A stretch of DNA of 64,000 nt from Octopus sinensis (lineage: Eukaryota). The stretch spans positions 101,618,001-101,682,000 of the forward strand of contig NC_042999.1 of assembly GCF_006345805.1 (NCBI RefSeq), written 5' to 3'. Of the stretch, positions 22,569-36,335 are shown piece by piece (within the stretch, counting starts at the first letter, position 1; every line of letters starts with the position of its first letter). The translations under genes were made by a program, and so were the position numbers. A model generated the notes under the pieces. That model ran no database searches. It was not told the origin of the DNA and saw only the letters and a program-made list of their open reading frames with translations.

Positions 22569-24814
22569 TTAAATTATACCAGGTAGTGGGACCCTGGTTC
22601 AAAACTTCCAAGGTTTTGAGGAGTGTGGAGCTGCCTCTTACCCACTAGTCTTCCAAGGTCTACTCTAATCCACAGCTGCAATCCTGACAGATGCTACTAC
22701 TCTGGGGTTAATTAGCATGCTATGGAAGAAACTCTCACTGCCTTGTGAATGTCTTGGGAAAGGAAAAGGCTAAGAGAATCAACCGTCACAGCAAATCAAA
22801 GATGGAGTCTCTCAGGCAATTCAATCCATCTTTGACACCCTTTCAGCAACTTCAAGGTAGGTGGAGCTCTCCATCCCTGTAAGGCAGTTCACCTTTGAGA
22901 AGGCCACTTCAGTGTAAAACCTACAATTTGTTGGTCACTGCAGTTGTCTTAAGCCACTGAACCACTGAGTTCAGACCCTTAAATCTAAAGAGTAGGATCG
23001 GATTGCACACACTGATTTTTACTTTAAAATGCAGGCAGGAAGAAAAGCTCTGCAGCATCAGAAGGTGTGCCACTCTGCCTCATTATAAGGGTGTGCCACT
23101 GTACCTCATGTTTTCAGGCACAAAGAAACTTCCATCATAATGTCCTCTGTTCTTTAAAGTTGGCTTGTCTTGTGCCTTCTCTACTCAGACACCTCTGACC
23201 TACTCATCTCTCTATTTCTCATCATTTTTGTTGCATCCAAGAAGGTCATGGACTATTACATCTTTTCCTTATTCTTTATGTAATGCCCCACCCCCACCCT
23301 CACCCTAGGAGTGACTAGACTGGGCACTGCTACTGGTTTACGATATATATGTTTGTAGCTGTGTAAACAACATTTCCATATCTGTTCTATCTAGACACAT
23401 CCTTTGTAAAACCTGTCCATTTTGACATTTTCAATATCTTTTTATAACTATAATCAAAAGTCTTACAAAACTCACTTATTTGTTTTCCTTAATTGCTTTT
23501 TGAACCCCCTTTTGGTTTCCCTCTTCTGCAGTTCAGTGTAGACCCAACACTCTTTTTTCCCTTTCACCTCAATTAAGCCACTGCTTGACATTACTGTGAT
23601 ATGCATTGCATTTTCTTTGTCATCAGCCCTCAAAAGCAACTGACGGGGTTTGTGCGTGCATGAACAAACTGACACATTTGGAGACTTTTAGTAGTGCATT
23701 CAACCTACAGTGATACTTAAGGCACGTTTTAACCACCCTGCACAAAATGGTGGTGGTGATGGTGATGCAATTGTTGTTTAACACCAGGTCAGCCCTATTT
23801 GTGTAAGCCTTTGATCAAAAATATTTCAGCCATTGATAACTTTTTTCTTTTTTTCTTTTTTTACAAGAATACAATGCACCTGACATGCAAATGTGCTCTG
23901 CTAGAAATATCAGCTAAATCCACCTCTAATGACATTGTATTAAATTTAAAAGCAAAAAAATAGAGAAGGGTGTGTTGGTTAATGTAACTCCAGGTAAAAA
24001 ATGTGATGGCCATGACTAGAATTGACATTAGGATAAATAACAATAGCAGCTAGCAATTAGAGCAAACAGAGGGGCTTCTCTGTGTGGCTGCTCAATTGGC
24101 TGGAAATAGCAGCCAAATCTCCTTCAAGTTACACCCTTACAGTTGTGTTAAATAGTGGTGGTGTAAAAGAGGAATTGGGATAATAGACAGGCTTTAAAAA
24201 ATTGCCTGGAGTAAAAGGAAGTGGCAAGAAAATTATATCTAGAAACTATGTAGAAAAGTAAATGACAGGTTTGCACTGCCAGTGGGGAAGAAGTGGTTGG
24301 GAAATAGGAAATAGGTGGACAGAGTTGTGAAATATTGTCAGAAAAAGAAAAGTAAAAATATAAACAAGGAAAGCCAAGATGTCATTGGGAAGAAGTATAT
24401 CTAGAGTGACATTGTGGGAATATTTGAATGCAGGCAGGCCAATGTTCAGTGGTGAAGTTGTTTTTCTTTGAGAGGTAAATAGACTGTTAGACATTGTTTA
24501 GTGTGACCCTGTGGGAGTAAGTATGGATTGGGTTGGGGAAACACTGGGATGGGTGTAGCAAATAGGCTATAATAGAGGAAAGAAGAGGAGGCCAGTGATT
24601 GCATCAGAGAAATGGCCATTGTAGTAATAGTGGTGGTGTTGGTGGTGGTAGTGGTAATGTTGTCATCATTCATCATCATCACGTGTTTTGAAAGTATTAT
24701 ATTTCTGAAAATCTTGCTGTAACATGAAACATTTCCCATTCACTTCCATGCTCATTGATTTCCATGTAAAATAGAAGTCAATGATGGTGTGTTTATAGTC
24801 TTTAAAAATCTTAT

Positions 24815-25666
24815 ACCGGGCAAAATGCTTAATGGTATTTCACCCGTCGCTACATTCAGAGTTTGAATACCGCCTTTCACCCTTTCAGGGTTGACAAATT
24901 TAGTACCAGCTACATACTGGGGTCACTATAATCAACTAGCCCTCCTCTCCACACAATTTCAAGCATTGTGCCTATAGTAGAAAGTATCATTACTATTATT
25001 ATTATTAATTCCGCTGACGTTGACTTTGTCTTTCTGGGTCAATAAAATAAGTACCAGTTGTGTATGGGGTCAATGTAATCAACTATCCCCCTACACCAAA
25101 ACTTCAGACCTTGTGCCTATAGTAGAAAGGATTATTATTGTCGTTGTTATTATTAAGGCAGTGAGCTGGCAGAATCATTAGTATGCCAGACAAAATGCTT
25201 AGCAACATTTTGTCTGTCTTTACATTCTGAGTTCAAATTCCGCCGAGGTCGACTTTGCCTTTCATCTTTGCAGGGTTGATAAAATAAGTACCAATTGAGT
25301 ACTGGGGTCAATATAATCAACTTACTCCCTGCCCTCAAAATTGCTGGCCTTGTGCCAAAATTTGAAGCCATTTTTAATATTAAGGTGGCATTATTTACAT
25401 TTGATGGATATTTGTCCTCATCTTGTTTGTTGTTAACACAACGTTTTGGCTGATATACTCTCCAGCCTTCATCAGATGTCTTGGGGAAATTTTGAACCTG
25501 GGTTGTCATTCCTAAAGTATTTTTCAATGTTGTTATTATTATTATTCAGGTCACTACTTGGAATCAAACTCGGAATCTTGGGGTTAGTAGCCCACGGGCA
25601 TGTGGCGTAGTGGTTAAGAGCATGGGCAACTAACCCCAAGATCCCGAGTTTGATTCCAAGCAGTGA

Positions 25667-25708
<42 letters not shown>

Positions 25709-26050
25709 CATTGAAAAATACCTTAAGAATAAGAACCCAGGTGGCATTTCTTGCAGCTTTATGTTCTGAGTTTAAATTCTGCCAAGTTTTACTTTGCCTT
25801 TCCTTTTTTTTTGAGATCAATAAAATAATGTACCAGTTACTGAGGTTGATGTAATGACCAGCTCCCACTCTAGTAAAAAAGATTCTTATTATTATTTGTC
25901 CGTTCTCACTGAGTTCAAATTCTGTCAAGGTCAACTTTGCCTTTCATCCTTTTGGTGTCAATGAAAAAAGTACAAGTTATGTACTGGGGTTGATATAATA
26001 GACTAGCTCCTGTCCCAAAATTTCAGGCCTTGTCCTTATAGTAGAAATCA
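24815..26050 (+). mobile_element. Train of ~5 family A SINEs, interrupted by the element at 25393-25738
   Basis: Repeated family A units separated by (ATT)n. Confidence 0.78.
25393..25738. mobile_element. Head-to-head inverted element: tRNA-derived head, (AAT)n and a hammerhead-bearing Penelope-type tail
   Basis: The plus copy (25597-25738) starts with A-box TGGCGTAGTGGTTAAGAG and B-box GAGTTTGATTCC. The minus copy (25596->25393) continues into GACAT-CTGATGA-A-GGCTG-N10-CAGCC-AAAAC-GTT-GTGTT. Arms 25496-25596 and 25622-25741 are inverted. Confidence 0.75.
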
Positions 26051-26109
26051 TCATCATCATCATCGTCATCGTCATCATCATCATCATCATCCTCATCCTC
26101 ATCCTCCTC

Positions 26110-26445
26110 CTCCTTTTAACTCAGGTTCTCTGAATAAGGGTTGTTTAAGGATGTTGAATGAAACATCCACTTTCCCAGAGATGAATTATTCAAACCCCAA
26201 AGAATCCCTCTCAACACATGGCTATGATGCTCCCCCACTACTTCTGCTCATGATCAGAGATACACATATCATCAACCACCAAGGGACATGCTCAACTGGT
26301 TATGGTCAGACAACTGACATGCAAATCTGTGGTATTGAGCAGAATATTTGATGTAGCCCATCTTTATACCAAGTCAAAATATGTACATGATAACACTTCC
26401 AATCAGTTAAGATCAAAAGCCATGAGAGCCAGTGCCTGGTACTGC
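26110..26445 (-). repeat. Interspersed SINE-like repeat (opposite-strand copy at 63440-63590)
   Basis: Shared GAGCATGTCCCTT...CTCTGATCA...GAGGGATTCTTTGGGGTTTGAATAA. Confidence 0.6.
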
Positions 26446-27404
26446 ATCAGTGTTATTATTATTATTATTATTAGTTTGAGAAACCCATCAAGAGTTAAGA
26501 AAATGTTCAAGGTTAAATACTCTGTGAAAATACCCTAACAATATTTACAGATTTCCTATTTTCTGAAATGTGCTTTGCCTATCCTTGTAGGTTATTTTTA
26601 ATAGTCACATTTCACATCACTCCAATTGTTCTAATAAGACAGGATAACAGGCACAGTTCTTAACTACCATCATGTTCTTTTTAATTCAACAACTAGATTG
26701 GCATAATTTCTTAGCATTTCAGCCCTCATCTGCTTGACGTTCCATGTATTCATTTAGTGTTTCCTTGTTGATAATTAGTGCACTATATTCATGTTTTTTT
26801 TTTTCAAAGAAAATGTTGTATAATTTATGCATTCTCTAATCATCTTGTCTGTATGCTAAAGTTCACAAAGTATTTTCACATCATTGTCATTGTCTAAGAC
26901 TGGTGGAGCTTCAAATGAATAGCACAAATTTTTCTTCTTATGGTAGTTGAAATTGGGTTACTAGGTATATTTTGAGTAGAATTACTGTGTTATTGTGTCT
27001 CTATATTTTAGAAACAGTGTAGTGTATTGTTTCAGAAAATACACCACCTGACCATGTGGTCTTGAGTTCAATCCCACTGCACAGCACTTTGGGTAAATAC
27101 CTTCTACTAAAACCCTGGGCCAGTCAAAGCCTGCAAGTGGAATTTATATCCTTGATGGTAGGATACAAATAGTTGACCCTTCAACCAATAAACCAAGACC
27201 TTAATCATTTGATTGACTATGGCTTTCATACGGTTCTTTAAATTTAACAAAGTATCTTTTGGAACAAATAATTTCCAATTAAAGATAAGCAGTTTGTCTG
27301 GGTGAGCACTCAATATTCACTTGAAGCTAATTTTTTTCTTGTCACTTTCTTTATGACCACAAAAGTAGTCCAGAGTGGCAGTTACCTATAATATTGACCC
27401 TTTC

Positions 27405-27565
<161 letters not shown>

Positions 27566-28479
27566 GCAGTTATTTGGTCATCAACCTCATTATTTTATAT
27601 CTGCTTTCCATGCTGTCATGTCATATATTTTGTCAAGATCCAACAACTTGTAGTTTCACAACTTACTACAGTATCCTAATTTTGGCATGGTTTGTCTGGC
27701 TGTATGCATTTAACTAATGGCACCAACACTAATAAGATTGCCTTGTAACATGCTGGAGAAAAGAGCTATCTCAGCTGAAAGGGAGGATAGGAAATAGGGT
27801 TGTCGCTTCAAGCGAGATGTTAATGTTAAAGAATGACAGTAGGGAACAGGAACAGGATTATTGTGGTGGACGAGATTCACAGTAACCCTGTATTTTACAT
27901 TGGTAGATGGGGGAGGCTGAAGTTGAGCCTAAAGAAAAGTAAATATGGTAATGATGAGGCACCAGAATATACTCTCCTGGTAACATGTTGAAGGGAGCAT
28001 GGAGACTGAAGAATCAGGTCATTTGTAAAGATGTCGGAGGAGAGAGATGGATATAAATATAGGGTGGGAATGAACAGAAGTATACAGCGGATGAATATTG
28101 TGAATAATGAACAGAAGTAGGGGTACTAAATATGAATGGCTATGTGGTTAAGAAATTTCTTTCGTAATTCTGTAGTCCAATGTTCTACCTCACAGTGTGT
28201 CATCTTTGGCATTTTTTCCCCACCTAATCATAACCTTGAGCAACTCAAAAACTTATGAATGAAACTGAGTAAATAGAAACTGTATGGAAAGGCATTTGTT
28301 GGGCAGTTGATTTAATCTGTCTCCACTAAAAATATCCTTGGGTGTTTTTAGCAGAGTCTACTGTGCTGCGAGCATTCAGACCAGGTTTCCAGTTTAAGGA
28401 CAACTGCCTTTTTTCTTCCCACCATTCTCAAAGGTTCTACACAATAGTCATGGCCATTCTTCCTCCTTTGACTAGTTGC

Positions 28480-28701
28480 TTCAGTCATTGGACTGTGACA
28501 ATGCTGGGATACCACCTTGATGGTTTTTAGTCAAACAGATGGACTCTAGTACCTATTTCTAAGTCTGGTACTTATTCAATAATTTTTCTTTTGCCAAACT
28601 GCTAAGTCACAGGGATGTAAACAAACCAACATCAGTTGTCAAGTGAAGACAAAGACACACACACACACACACACAAATGTGTGTATATATACACACACGT
28701 C

Positions 28702-28732
<31 letters not shown>

Positions 28733-28900
28733 TATATATAGAGATATATAAGACAGGCTTCCACACAGTTTCCATCAATGAAATTCAGCTGCAAAGCATT
28801 GGTTGGCCCAGCACTATAGCAGCAGATGCCTACCCAAGGTGCCAGGTACTGGGACTGAACCTGAAACCATGTGACTGGGAAGTAAACTCCTTACCACACA
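28480..28900 (-). mobile_element. SINE family B with internal CA/TA microsatellite
   Basis: Reverse complement of the family B head and body. Confidence 0.7.
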
Positions 28901-30069
28901 GCAACTCCTTTGTATCAGTAGTCATTTCATTGAGTATGACGAGATCAAAAGACAGAGGTTAAACCTTGTGGGAATTTTGAGCTGTAAACAGTGAGAAACT
29001 GAACCGGACACTATGGACCATTCAGTCTGCTTGTCTGTTGTCTTAGTCACATCTCCTGCCCTACCCTGTACACTGGAATATTAATAGATATATCATACAG
29101 GTAGATGTTTTTGCAAGAAATATTTCAGATATTCAGTCTGAGTCATGTTTACAATGAAAAGAAAAGAGAAATCCTTCCAGTTTCCTAATACCTTTTGTTG
29201 CGAATTATTTTTATTTGCAATATATATATTTTTTTTGCTTTTTTTAAATATATGTTTCTTTTCTGTTTTCTTTCAACACCAGATAACTTATTTAATTCTG
29301 ATGTAAAAATAGCTTTTATACCTGGACTTACTGGTTGAGGAAAAGACTCAAAGTTGTTGTTTAACCCAAGGTAGACCCTAGTTGAGCATGTCTATGATCA
29401 AAAGCATTCCACCCAGGATTACCACCTCCACACCTCTTTTTTCCTACATGCAGCTAACTTAGGACCACATTGTTCATCATGTCCACTTTTTAAAACGGCT
29501 AGCTGTGATTTGATAGGGATTTTGCTGTTATTTCTTGTAGTGGAAGCAACCATGTAGGAACTTGTTGAAATGGCTTTGTTTATATTTATGTTTGTATTGA
29601 AAGTGATGGTCACTGTTCATTTTTGTTTATGAATGTTTGAATTTTTAATTTGTTGTTTTGTTGTTTTTTTTCGTTTTTTTTTAACTGTCTGTTCATGATG
29701 TCTGGACACCTTATAATTTTATGAAGATAGTGTATGTATATCATCTGTATAACATACAAACATTATACATACACACATACACATGCACACACAGGTGTAG
29801 ATATGTGGTAAGAAGTTTGTTTCCCAATCACATTCTTCTGAGTTCAATCCCACTGCATGGTACCTTGAGCAAGTGTCTTCAACAAGCCTTGTGAGTGGAT
29901 TTTGTAGGAAGAAACTGGAAGAAGCCTGTCATATGAGTGTGTGTGTGTGTAAAAACATTTTATGTTGTTTACTTACTACTCTGATTTTCTCACAAGGAGT
30001 GTTTTATCTGAAGTCTACTATTATGTATGTTACGTTGAATATTTGGAATTCATATGTATTGATGATGTT

Positions 30070-31420
30070 TATCATTGTCATCATCATATCAGTGCCATCC
30101 TTCAGCATGTGCCTAATTCAATATGGCCCACAGGCAAAGCATCAGTACCACAGAAATATGTTAGAGACTCCAAATGTGTAATATGGAAGACTAGCAATTT
30201 GCCCTGCTAAGAAAAAATGATGGGATACTGATCATAAATTCAAATTACACAGAACAGAGGATAATAGAAAAAACTGCAATAGTGTCCATCCATACCAAGC
30301 AAGGAGGCTGAAACAATAGGCCATAGAAAGCCACCCGAATAGTAAAATGGTCTGGAAATATGCGCACTTAAAACAGAGACCTCACTCTCTAGTCAGCCTC
30401 TCTTCAAAATACCCACACATTTCACATAACTAGTGATGCCAAAGAGTGAATCAGAATTTATTGCCAAATGTTATACTGGAAGTTTTAGTATTGACAATCC
30501 AGATGTATCATCTTCATTGCTACTAACACCAAATTCCATAACATTTGTTGAATTTACTACTGCAATGCCACCCCAAGCTTATGTGCAACTATACTTCTCC
30601 TGGTTTTGATGGTATTAATTACTTCTCAAACACAGTGGGCTCTTTTTACTGTACAAGCTTTCACTTCTTTTCTGATTTTGTTTTACTCCAGAAAAGTTGA
30701 AAATTGCCAGTGTTATTCCCCTGTTCAAAAAGCTGAATACACATCACCTGTCAGTTACTGTCCAGTCACTCTCACAAGCTGTACAACTAAATTAATGGAG
30801 TTTAATATCAGAAAGATACTCTGGAGCTTCTGGAACTCTCATAACCTTATCGCCACTTACTATTTGGATCTATCTTTAACTTCAGCTGATGTGACCGATT
30901 CATCAAATTTCTTGAAGATATCACCCAAATCGCAGATGGTGGTTCATAGGTGGACATCATCTATTCTGACTTCACCTTGACCTTTAACTCCCTGCCACAC
31001 AAGCAACTCACAGCTAAACTCTCTATGTACATGAAAGTTAATCTTTATTACTGGTTGAAGTCCTTCATTCTCACTACTAGGATAACATTCTGCACTTTAT
31101 GCAATGATATCTGGTATCTTGCAGGGGTCTCTTCTTGGTTCCCTGTTGCTTACATTAATCTTACAGATGCCAACTTGAAGTATGTTACTGTATTGAAATA
31201 CACAGACATTAAGTTGTACCTTGAGATAAAACAAACGACTCTTAAGTGCTATAGATTTTTCCTGAAGGTGACCTGGGCACAATGCATGGCAGAAGGTGTC
31301 TTAGCATCACTCAGCATGATCTTTGTCAGCCATTCATCAGCTACATATTTTATGCTATATATGGCTATGGTACATACACACTTACAGTTTGTATCTCCAA
31401 TCTGGAATTCCTGTCATATC
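30070..31420 (+). mobile_element. Decayed CR1-clade LINE ORF2 (RT) fragment
   Basis: Across frameshifts it reads KIASVIPLFKK...PVTLTSCTTKLME and VDIIYSDFTLTFNSLPHKQLTAKL, matching CR1 RT motifs (YRPISLTS..CKLME; D.IYLDFSKAFD.VPH..LL.KL). Confidence 0.7.
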
Positions 31421-32210
31421 CAGAATGTAAGCACCCTGAGAGAAAAGTTGAATATAAGAAGCATCAGATGTGGTGTGCAAGAGAGATGACTGCGCTGGTA
31501 TGATCATGTGTGGCATTTGGATGAGGATAGCTGTGTGAAAAAGTATCACACTCTAGCAGTAGAGGGAACCTGTGGAAGAGGTAGACCCAGGAAGATCTGG
31601 GATTAGATGGTGAAGCACGACCTTTGAACGTTGGGCTCACTGAGGCGGTGACAAGTGATCGAGACATTTGGAGATATGCTGTGCTTGAGAAGACCCAGCA
31701 TGCCAGTGTAGCATAACCAGCCCATTTAAAAGTACACTTCAATCATTGGGCAAGAAACAGCACTTGCAAAGACCTGTTGACGTAAGTGAAGTTGTTGTCG
31801 TGGCCGATGACAGTACCGCCTGACTGGCACCTGTGCCAGTGGCACATAAAAAGTAACATTCGAGCATGGTTGAGGCTAGTGTCCCCTGACTGGTCCTATG
31901 CTGGCATGCATTCGAGCATGCTCGATGCCAGTGCCAGCTGACTGGTCCCATGCTGGTGGCATGTAAAAAGCACCATTCGAGCGTGGTTGTTGCCAGTACC
32001 GCCTGACTGGCTCCCGTGCCAGTGACACATAAAAAGCACCATTCAAACGTGGTTGTTGCCAGTACTGCCTGACTGGCCCTCATGCTAGTGACACCTAAAT
32101 AGTACCCTCTACACTCTCGGAGTGGTTGGCGTTAGGAATGGCATTCAGCTGTAGAAACTTTGCCAGATCGGATTGGAGCCTAGTGCAGCCTTCTGGTTTG
32201 CCAGCCCACA
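31420..32210 (+). mobile_element. 5'-truncated RTE LINE
   Basis: VSTLREKLNIRSIRCGVQER*LRWYDHVW...EGTCGRGRPRKIWD, then ~5 internal units. Confidence 0.85.
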
Positions 32211-33533
32211 ACAATGATGTTGAGAAGCCCTTAAATCTGATCTGATTATTTTCAACATAGTATATGTGAAACTGTAAATTTTAATGCATTATATATTACA
32301 TTTTGTAATTGTGTATGTGTAATTTTATATATAGACTATAGAGAATAGATTAACATATATTGTTTAGTCACAGATCAGCACTGATCAAGTAGACTTATGA
32401 TCAAAAGCTTTTCAATTATGTTTCTACCATTTTTGTTTTTATTTTTAAGCATAGTATATCCAGAAGTACAAAATATATTAGGATGTAGTTCAATGGATGT
32501 TTAGCTGCTATTTCTTGCAGTTTAAACTATTGTAGCATTGTGACTTTCTTGTTGGCTTGATTAAATGTATTCTGTTTAATTTACATGCACACACTCACAC
32601 ACTTTCTAGAGGCAAATGTAAGCAGGCAGTCATGTGGTTCCCAATCATGCTCTGAATTTGATATCATTGCATACCACCATGAGCATATTGTCCTCTACCA
32701 TCACCTTTAGTTGACTCAAGATTTCACAAAAATTTGGTAGAAAGAAATTACACAGAAACTACATATGTTGTGTGTTGTCAATCAATATAAGAAATATATG
32801 ATTAGTCTAATTACAAACTAGAATTGTTAAAGATTTTGTCTGCCAACTCTATAACCCTGATGATGAGATGTGAAAGCCATGAGCACAGCCACTTCCTCTA
32901 AACAAAACCTTTAATCTCCTGATTGAGCAGACATATGATCAAAGGCATTCTAGCCATGACTATCTCATCTACTTTTACTTTATGTCCATTTCTTTTTTTT
33001 TTTTTTTTTTTTTTTTTGTAAAATGTTGAGATATAATTTAACAGAAATTTGGTTGTTATTTCTAGCAGGTTGAGCAACTACAGCATCTCCTCACTGCTTC
33101 ATAAAATTTCACTTATATATACTGGTATGAAACATGCACTAATTCATAGTATCCCAATGTCTACAAAGGAAACTTATTTGTTTTCAAAATCAGTAAAAAT
33201 GTCTACAAAGGAAACTTATTTGTTTCAAAATCAGTAAAAATGATAGAAACAACCTTTGTTTTTGATTTTCCATCAAAATGACTTCATAAGAATTAAATAT
33301 TAAATTGCATTGAATTAAGAAGAGGAATCTTTATCTAGTCACTTGGTCTCCTACAAATTTGCCTTCAGTTACATTCTACTATCTTAAAATAAGACACATT
33401 GAACAATGTAGATGTAGGTACTTTATGCCCTGCAAGAAAGGTAGAAGATGGGGTTATGGATCTTTAATTGTTTTATAACTTGAATTAGCTTTCTGGGCAA
33501 CTCAAACAAGAGATATATATGTCTAATCCACTA

Positions 33534-33768
33534 CAGTGATTCTCATCCACTTTATGCATATGAACCCCTTTGATTACTGTTTTACTTGGATCTACCTTCA
33601 TAGCTATTCAATGTTTTAAAAAATCCTATATTTGTATACTTAAATGTTATAATGAATTGTATACAAAAAGTTGTTAATATATTTTGTGTATTGTAGAAGT
33701 ACAAACAATTTATTGTGCATAAATTTTACCAAACAAAATCTTATATGTGCCATGGTTAAGAACCACTG
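33534..33768 (-). mobile_element. hAT-type MITE (family of 8432-8725)
   Basis: Ends CAGTGATTCTCATCC / GGTTAAGAACCACTG; interior is the reverse of the 8.4-kb copy. Confidence 0.6.
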
Positions 33769-34439
33769 AACTACATTATAGCCCACCGATGTATTGGTAG
33801 TTACTGAAATGAAACATCTCGTGTTGTTTTTGTGTAGCTCCAGATTAACCCAGACTGAGTTGACCTGTGAGCAAAGGTGTTCCAGTCATAATCAGCCTTT
33901 TTTTTATTTTTCTGACAGTAGAGTTAGTGAGGCGGGTGTGGGGGGGGGGCGTTCATGAAAAGTGTTGTGCCATTGATAAGATAGTAAATTGCTAATATTT
34001 ATCAGTGTTAGAAGGATGAAAACTTGCAAATTTTGTTATGATTTTAATGCAAAATCAGTTTTATTTAGACCACATATTGTGACTGGATGAATGCAAATCT
34101 TTTTGTTAAATAATAAATGTTTATTGGACTAAAATACATTGTATTAAATTGTTTCCTTAAAGCTGTATTTTATCTTTCAAACCAACATCCTTAAAGCTGT
34201 ATTTTATCTTTCAAACCAATATTTATATATTAAGAAATATCACCAGTCTTTTAAGTGAGCTATTATTTACTTCCCAAAATTTCCAAATTCAACCTCTATC
34301 AAACTTCCTTATTGTAAATTCAATGCTTCTATCAAACTTCTTTATTTGGGAAAGAGATCTACAAGATTTAACTCTTTTGATACCAACTTATTTGAGATTG
34401 TCTGAGATTTTGACACAAAATTGCCCATCTTAGTGCTAT

Positions 34440-35000
34440 TATTCAGCCATATTCCTACTGCTCTATGTCACGCTGGTGAGACCCATATTGGAGTATGGGA
34501 TTCAAGCCTCTTCTCCTTATTTCCTCAAAGACATACATCATCTCGAAAGAGTCCAGAAGCTGGCTACCCGCATGGTTCTTGGTCTCAGAAGAAAGGCTGA
34601 AGACCCTTGACCTTTATTCTCTAGAAAAACGACGACGCCGTGGTGATCTCATTCTCGCTCACAACATCATAAGCAGAAAGTGTAACCTCTCGAAAGAGCT
34701 GTTCTTCACTCCTGCTCCAGAGCATGGGCTGCGGGGTCACTCTGAAAAGCTCTATCTATGACGATTTCATCTCAATCGAAGGGGAGGGGCTTTCTCCGTC
34801 CAGGTTGCGGATCCGTGGAATATGCTGCTGGACGAGATAGTGAAGATGCCAACAACCGCTCGGTTCAAAGTCTCTCTTGACCAGAAATGGCCTGAACTCT
34901 TTGTATGACCACCCTCCCTGTACATAACTCACTGTCCCCCTACATGGCCTTGCTTTTGCTTTTTGAGCCAATAAAAAATTGAATTCAATTCAATTCAAAT
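34440..35000 (+). mobile_element. 5'-truncated CR1 LINE 3' end
   Basis: LYVTLVRPILEYGIQASSPY...HLERVQKLATRMV...EERLKTLDLYSLEKRRRRGDLI...LRGHSEKL...PWN; AATAAA and an (ATTCA)n tail. Confidence 0.9.
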
Positions 35001-35581
35001 CGATTTATTATCAAAAAATCTTTCCATTGTGTTCCTAACATCAGCTTAAAAATGTAAAATTCAACTAGATTGCTAAGTTCCTCCAAATTTTTTATTTTCA
35101 AATGTAATTGAAAATGCAATCAGTTAAAGAACTCTTTATAACTATCATTTATATCAACATTTTATGACAGAATTATGAAACTAATTAACCAGCCATTTTA
35201 TCAGAAAGCATATTGCAACTTTATTTTAATTCCTATTCATATCTAGTTGATTTTTGCTTTTTTGTTTTAAGGGTTGAAATTACTTCACTCTTATTTTTTA
35301 TTGCTCATATGGGTTGGAACAATTTAAAAGTTTGGTTTTCTATTGAATATCCATCTTTGAACTATGTACTGAAGTAGTTATGTATTCTTTGGCACGATCA
35401 AACTGCACTACTAATAACAACAATGTCTAGAGTAGAAATATTAGACGGGTCAAGAATCACCACCCAACAACAATTTATTGCTCATTGTAACTCAATTGCT
35501 CTTTTACATATTAATGTTTCTTTTTTCTATTCATTAAATTGTTATATTTGGTTATAGTTAGAATAATTTTCTTTTTTTCAG

Positions 35582-35699
35582 CCATCCATCCCAAACATGG
35601 ACTTGTCTGGACAGATGGAAAATCTGTTTACTTGGCCAAATTCAAGATCATAAAAAACCAAGTTCAACCTGAAAAGTCCTTTAAGATTAAGGAATTTGA
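35582..35699 (+). CDS. WDCP: WDCP coding exon 2
   Basis: Acceptor TTTCTTTTTTTCAG, donor GTAAGT. Reads (A)IHPKHGLVWTDGKSVYLAKFKIIKNQVQPEKSFKIKEF, matching WDCP AVHPIHGLAWTDG; phase agrees with exons 1 and 3. Confidence 0.92.
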
Positions 35700-36004
35700 G
35701 TAAGTAATTCATTATCTTGTTTATATACATTATAAATTATAATTATATGACTTAAATAAAATAGAGTGATTCTTTTCTTTCTGTGTCAAATACACCTCAC
35801 TAATGTTATTGATTGATATTGATATTAAAAATTGAAATTTGTAAACAAGACAAACAATGTAGTTCACAATATGGTTCTACATACACGGTGACTGGGAAGG
35901 GAATTGGAAGATTAATGAAAAAAATGCTTTCAATCATAGATCAGTTGAATTAGAGTTGCCATGGTGTTAAACAATGGCAACAATAACTGTATATATATCA
36001 TCAT

Positions 36005-36335
36005 CATCATACATCTGTTGTCCATGTTGGATTGGACGGTTTGACTGGGCAGGCATGCTAGAAGGCTGCACCAGATTCCAGTCTGATTTGGCATGGTTTT
36101 CTACAGCTGGATGCCCTTCCTAATGCCAACCATTCCAAGAGTGTAATGGGTGCATTTACATGCTATCAGTACGGGTGCCAATTTGCATGACACTAGTATC
36201 TGCCACGACTGCGATTTTGCTCGGTTTGATGGGTCTTCTTCTTAAGCATGACATAATGCCAAAGGTTTTGGTCATTGCCACTATGAGGCCCAACGCTCAA
36301 AAGGAACTCAGCCACTTTGCCTCTGTGAGACCCAG
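36005..36335 (-). mobile_element. RTE 3' UTR fragment
   Basis: (CAT)n tail and CTACAGCTGGATGCCCTTCCTAATGCCAACC on +. Confidence 0.75.

Noticed and set aside
22620-23330. Possible LINE-derived coding remnant
   Set aside because: The composition suggests an old retroelement, but I could not read any diagnostic motif in six frames.
25597-25670. Functional tRNA gene
   Set aside because: A and B boxes are present, but the acceptor and anticodon stems do not pair well and the T-loop is mutated (TTTGA); it is a SINE-type head.
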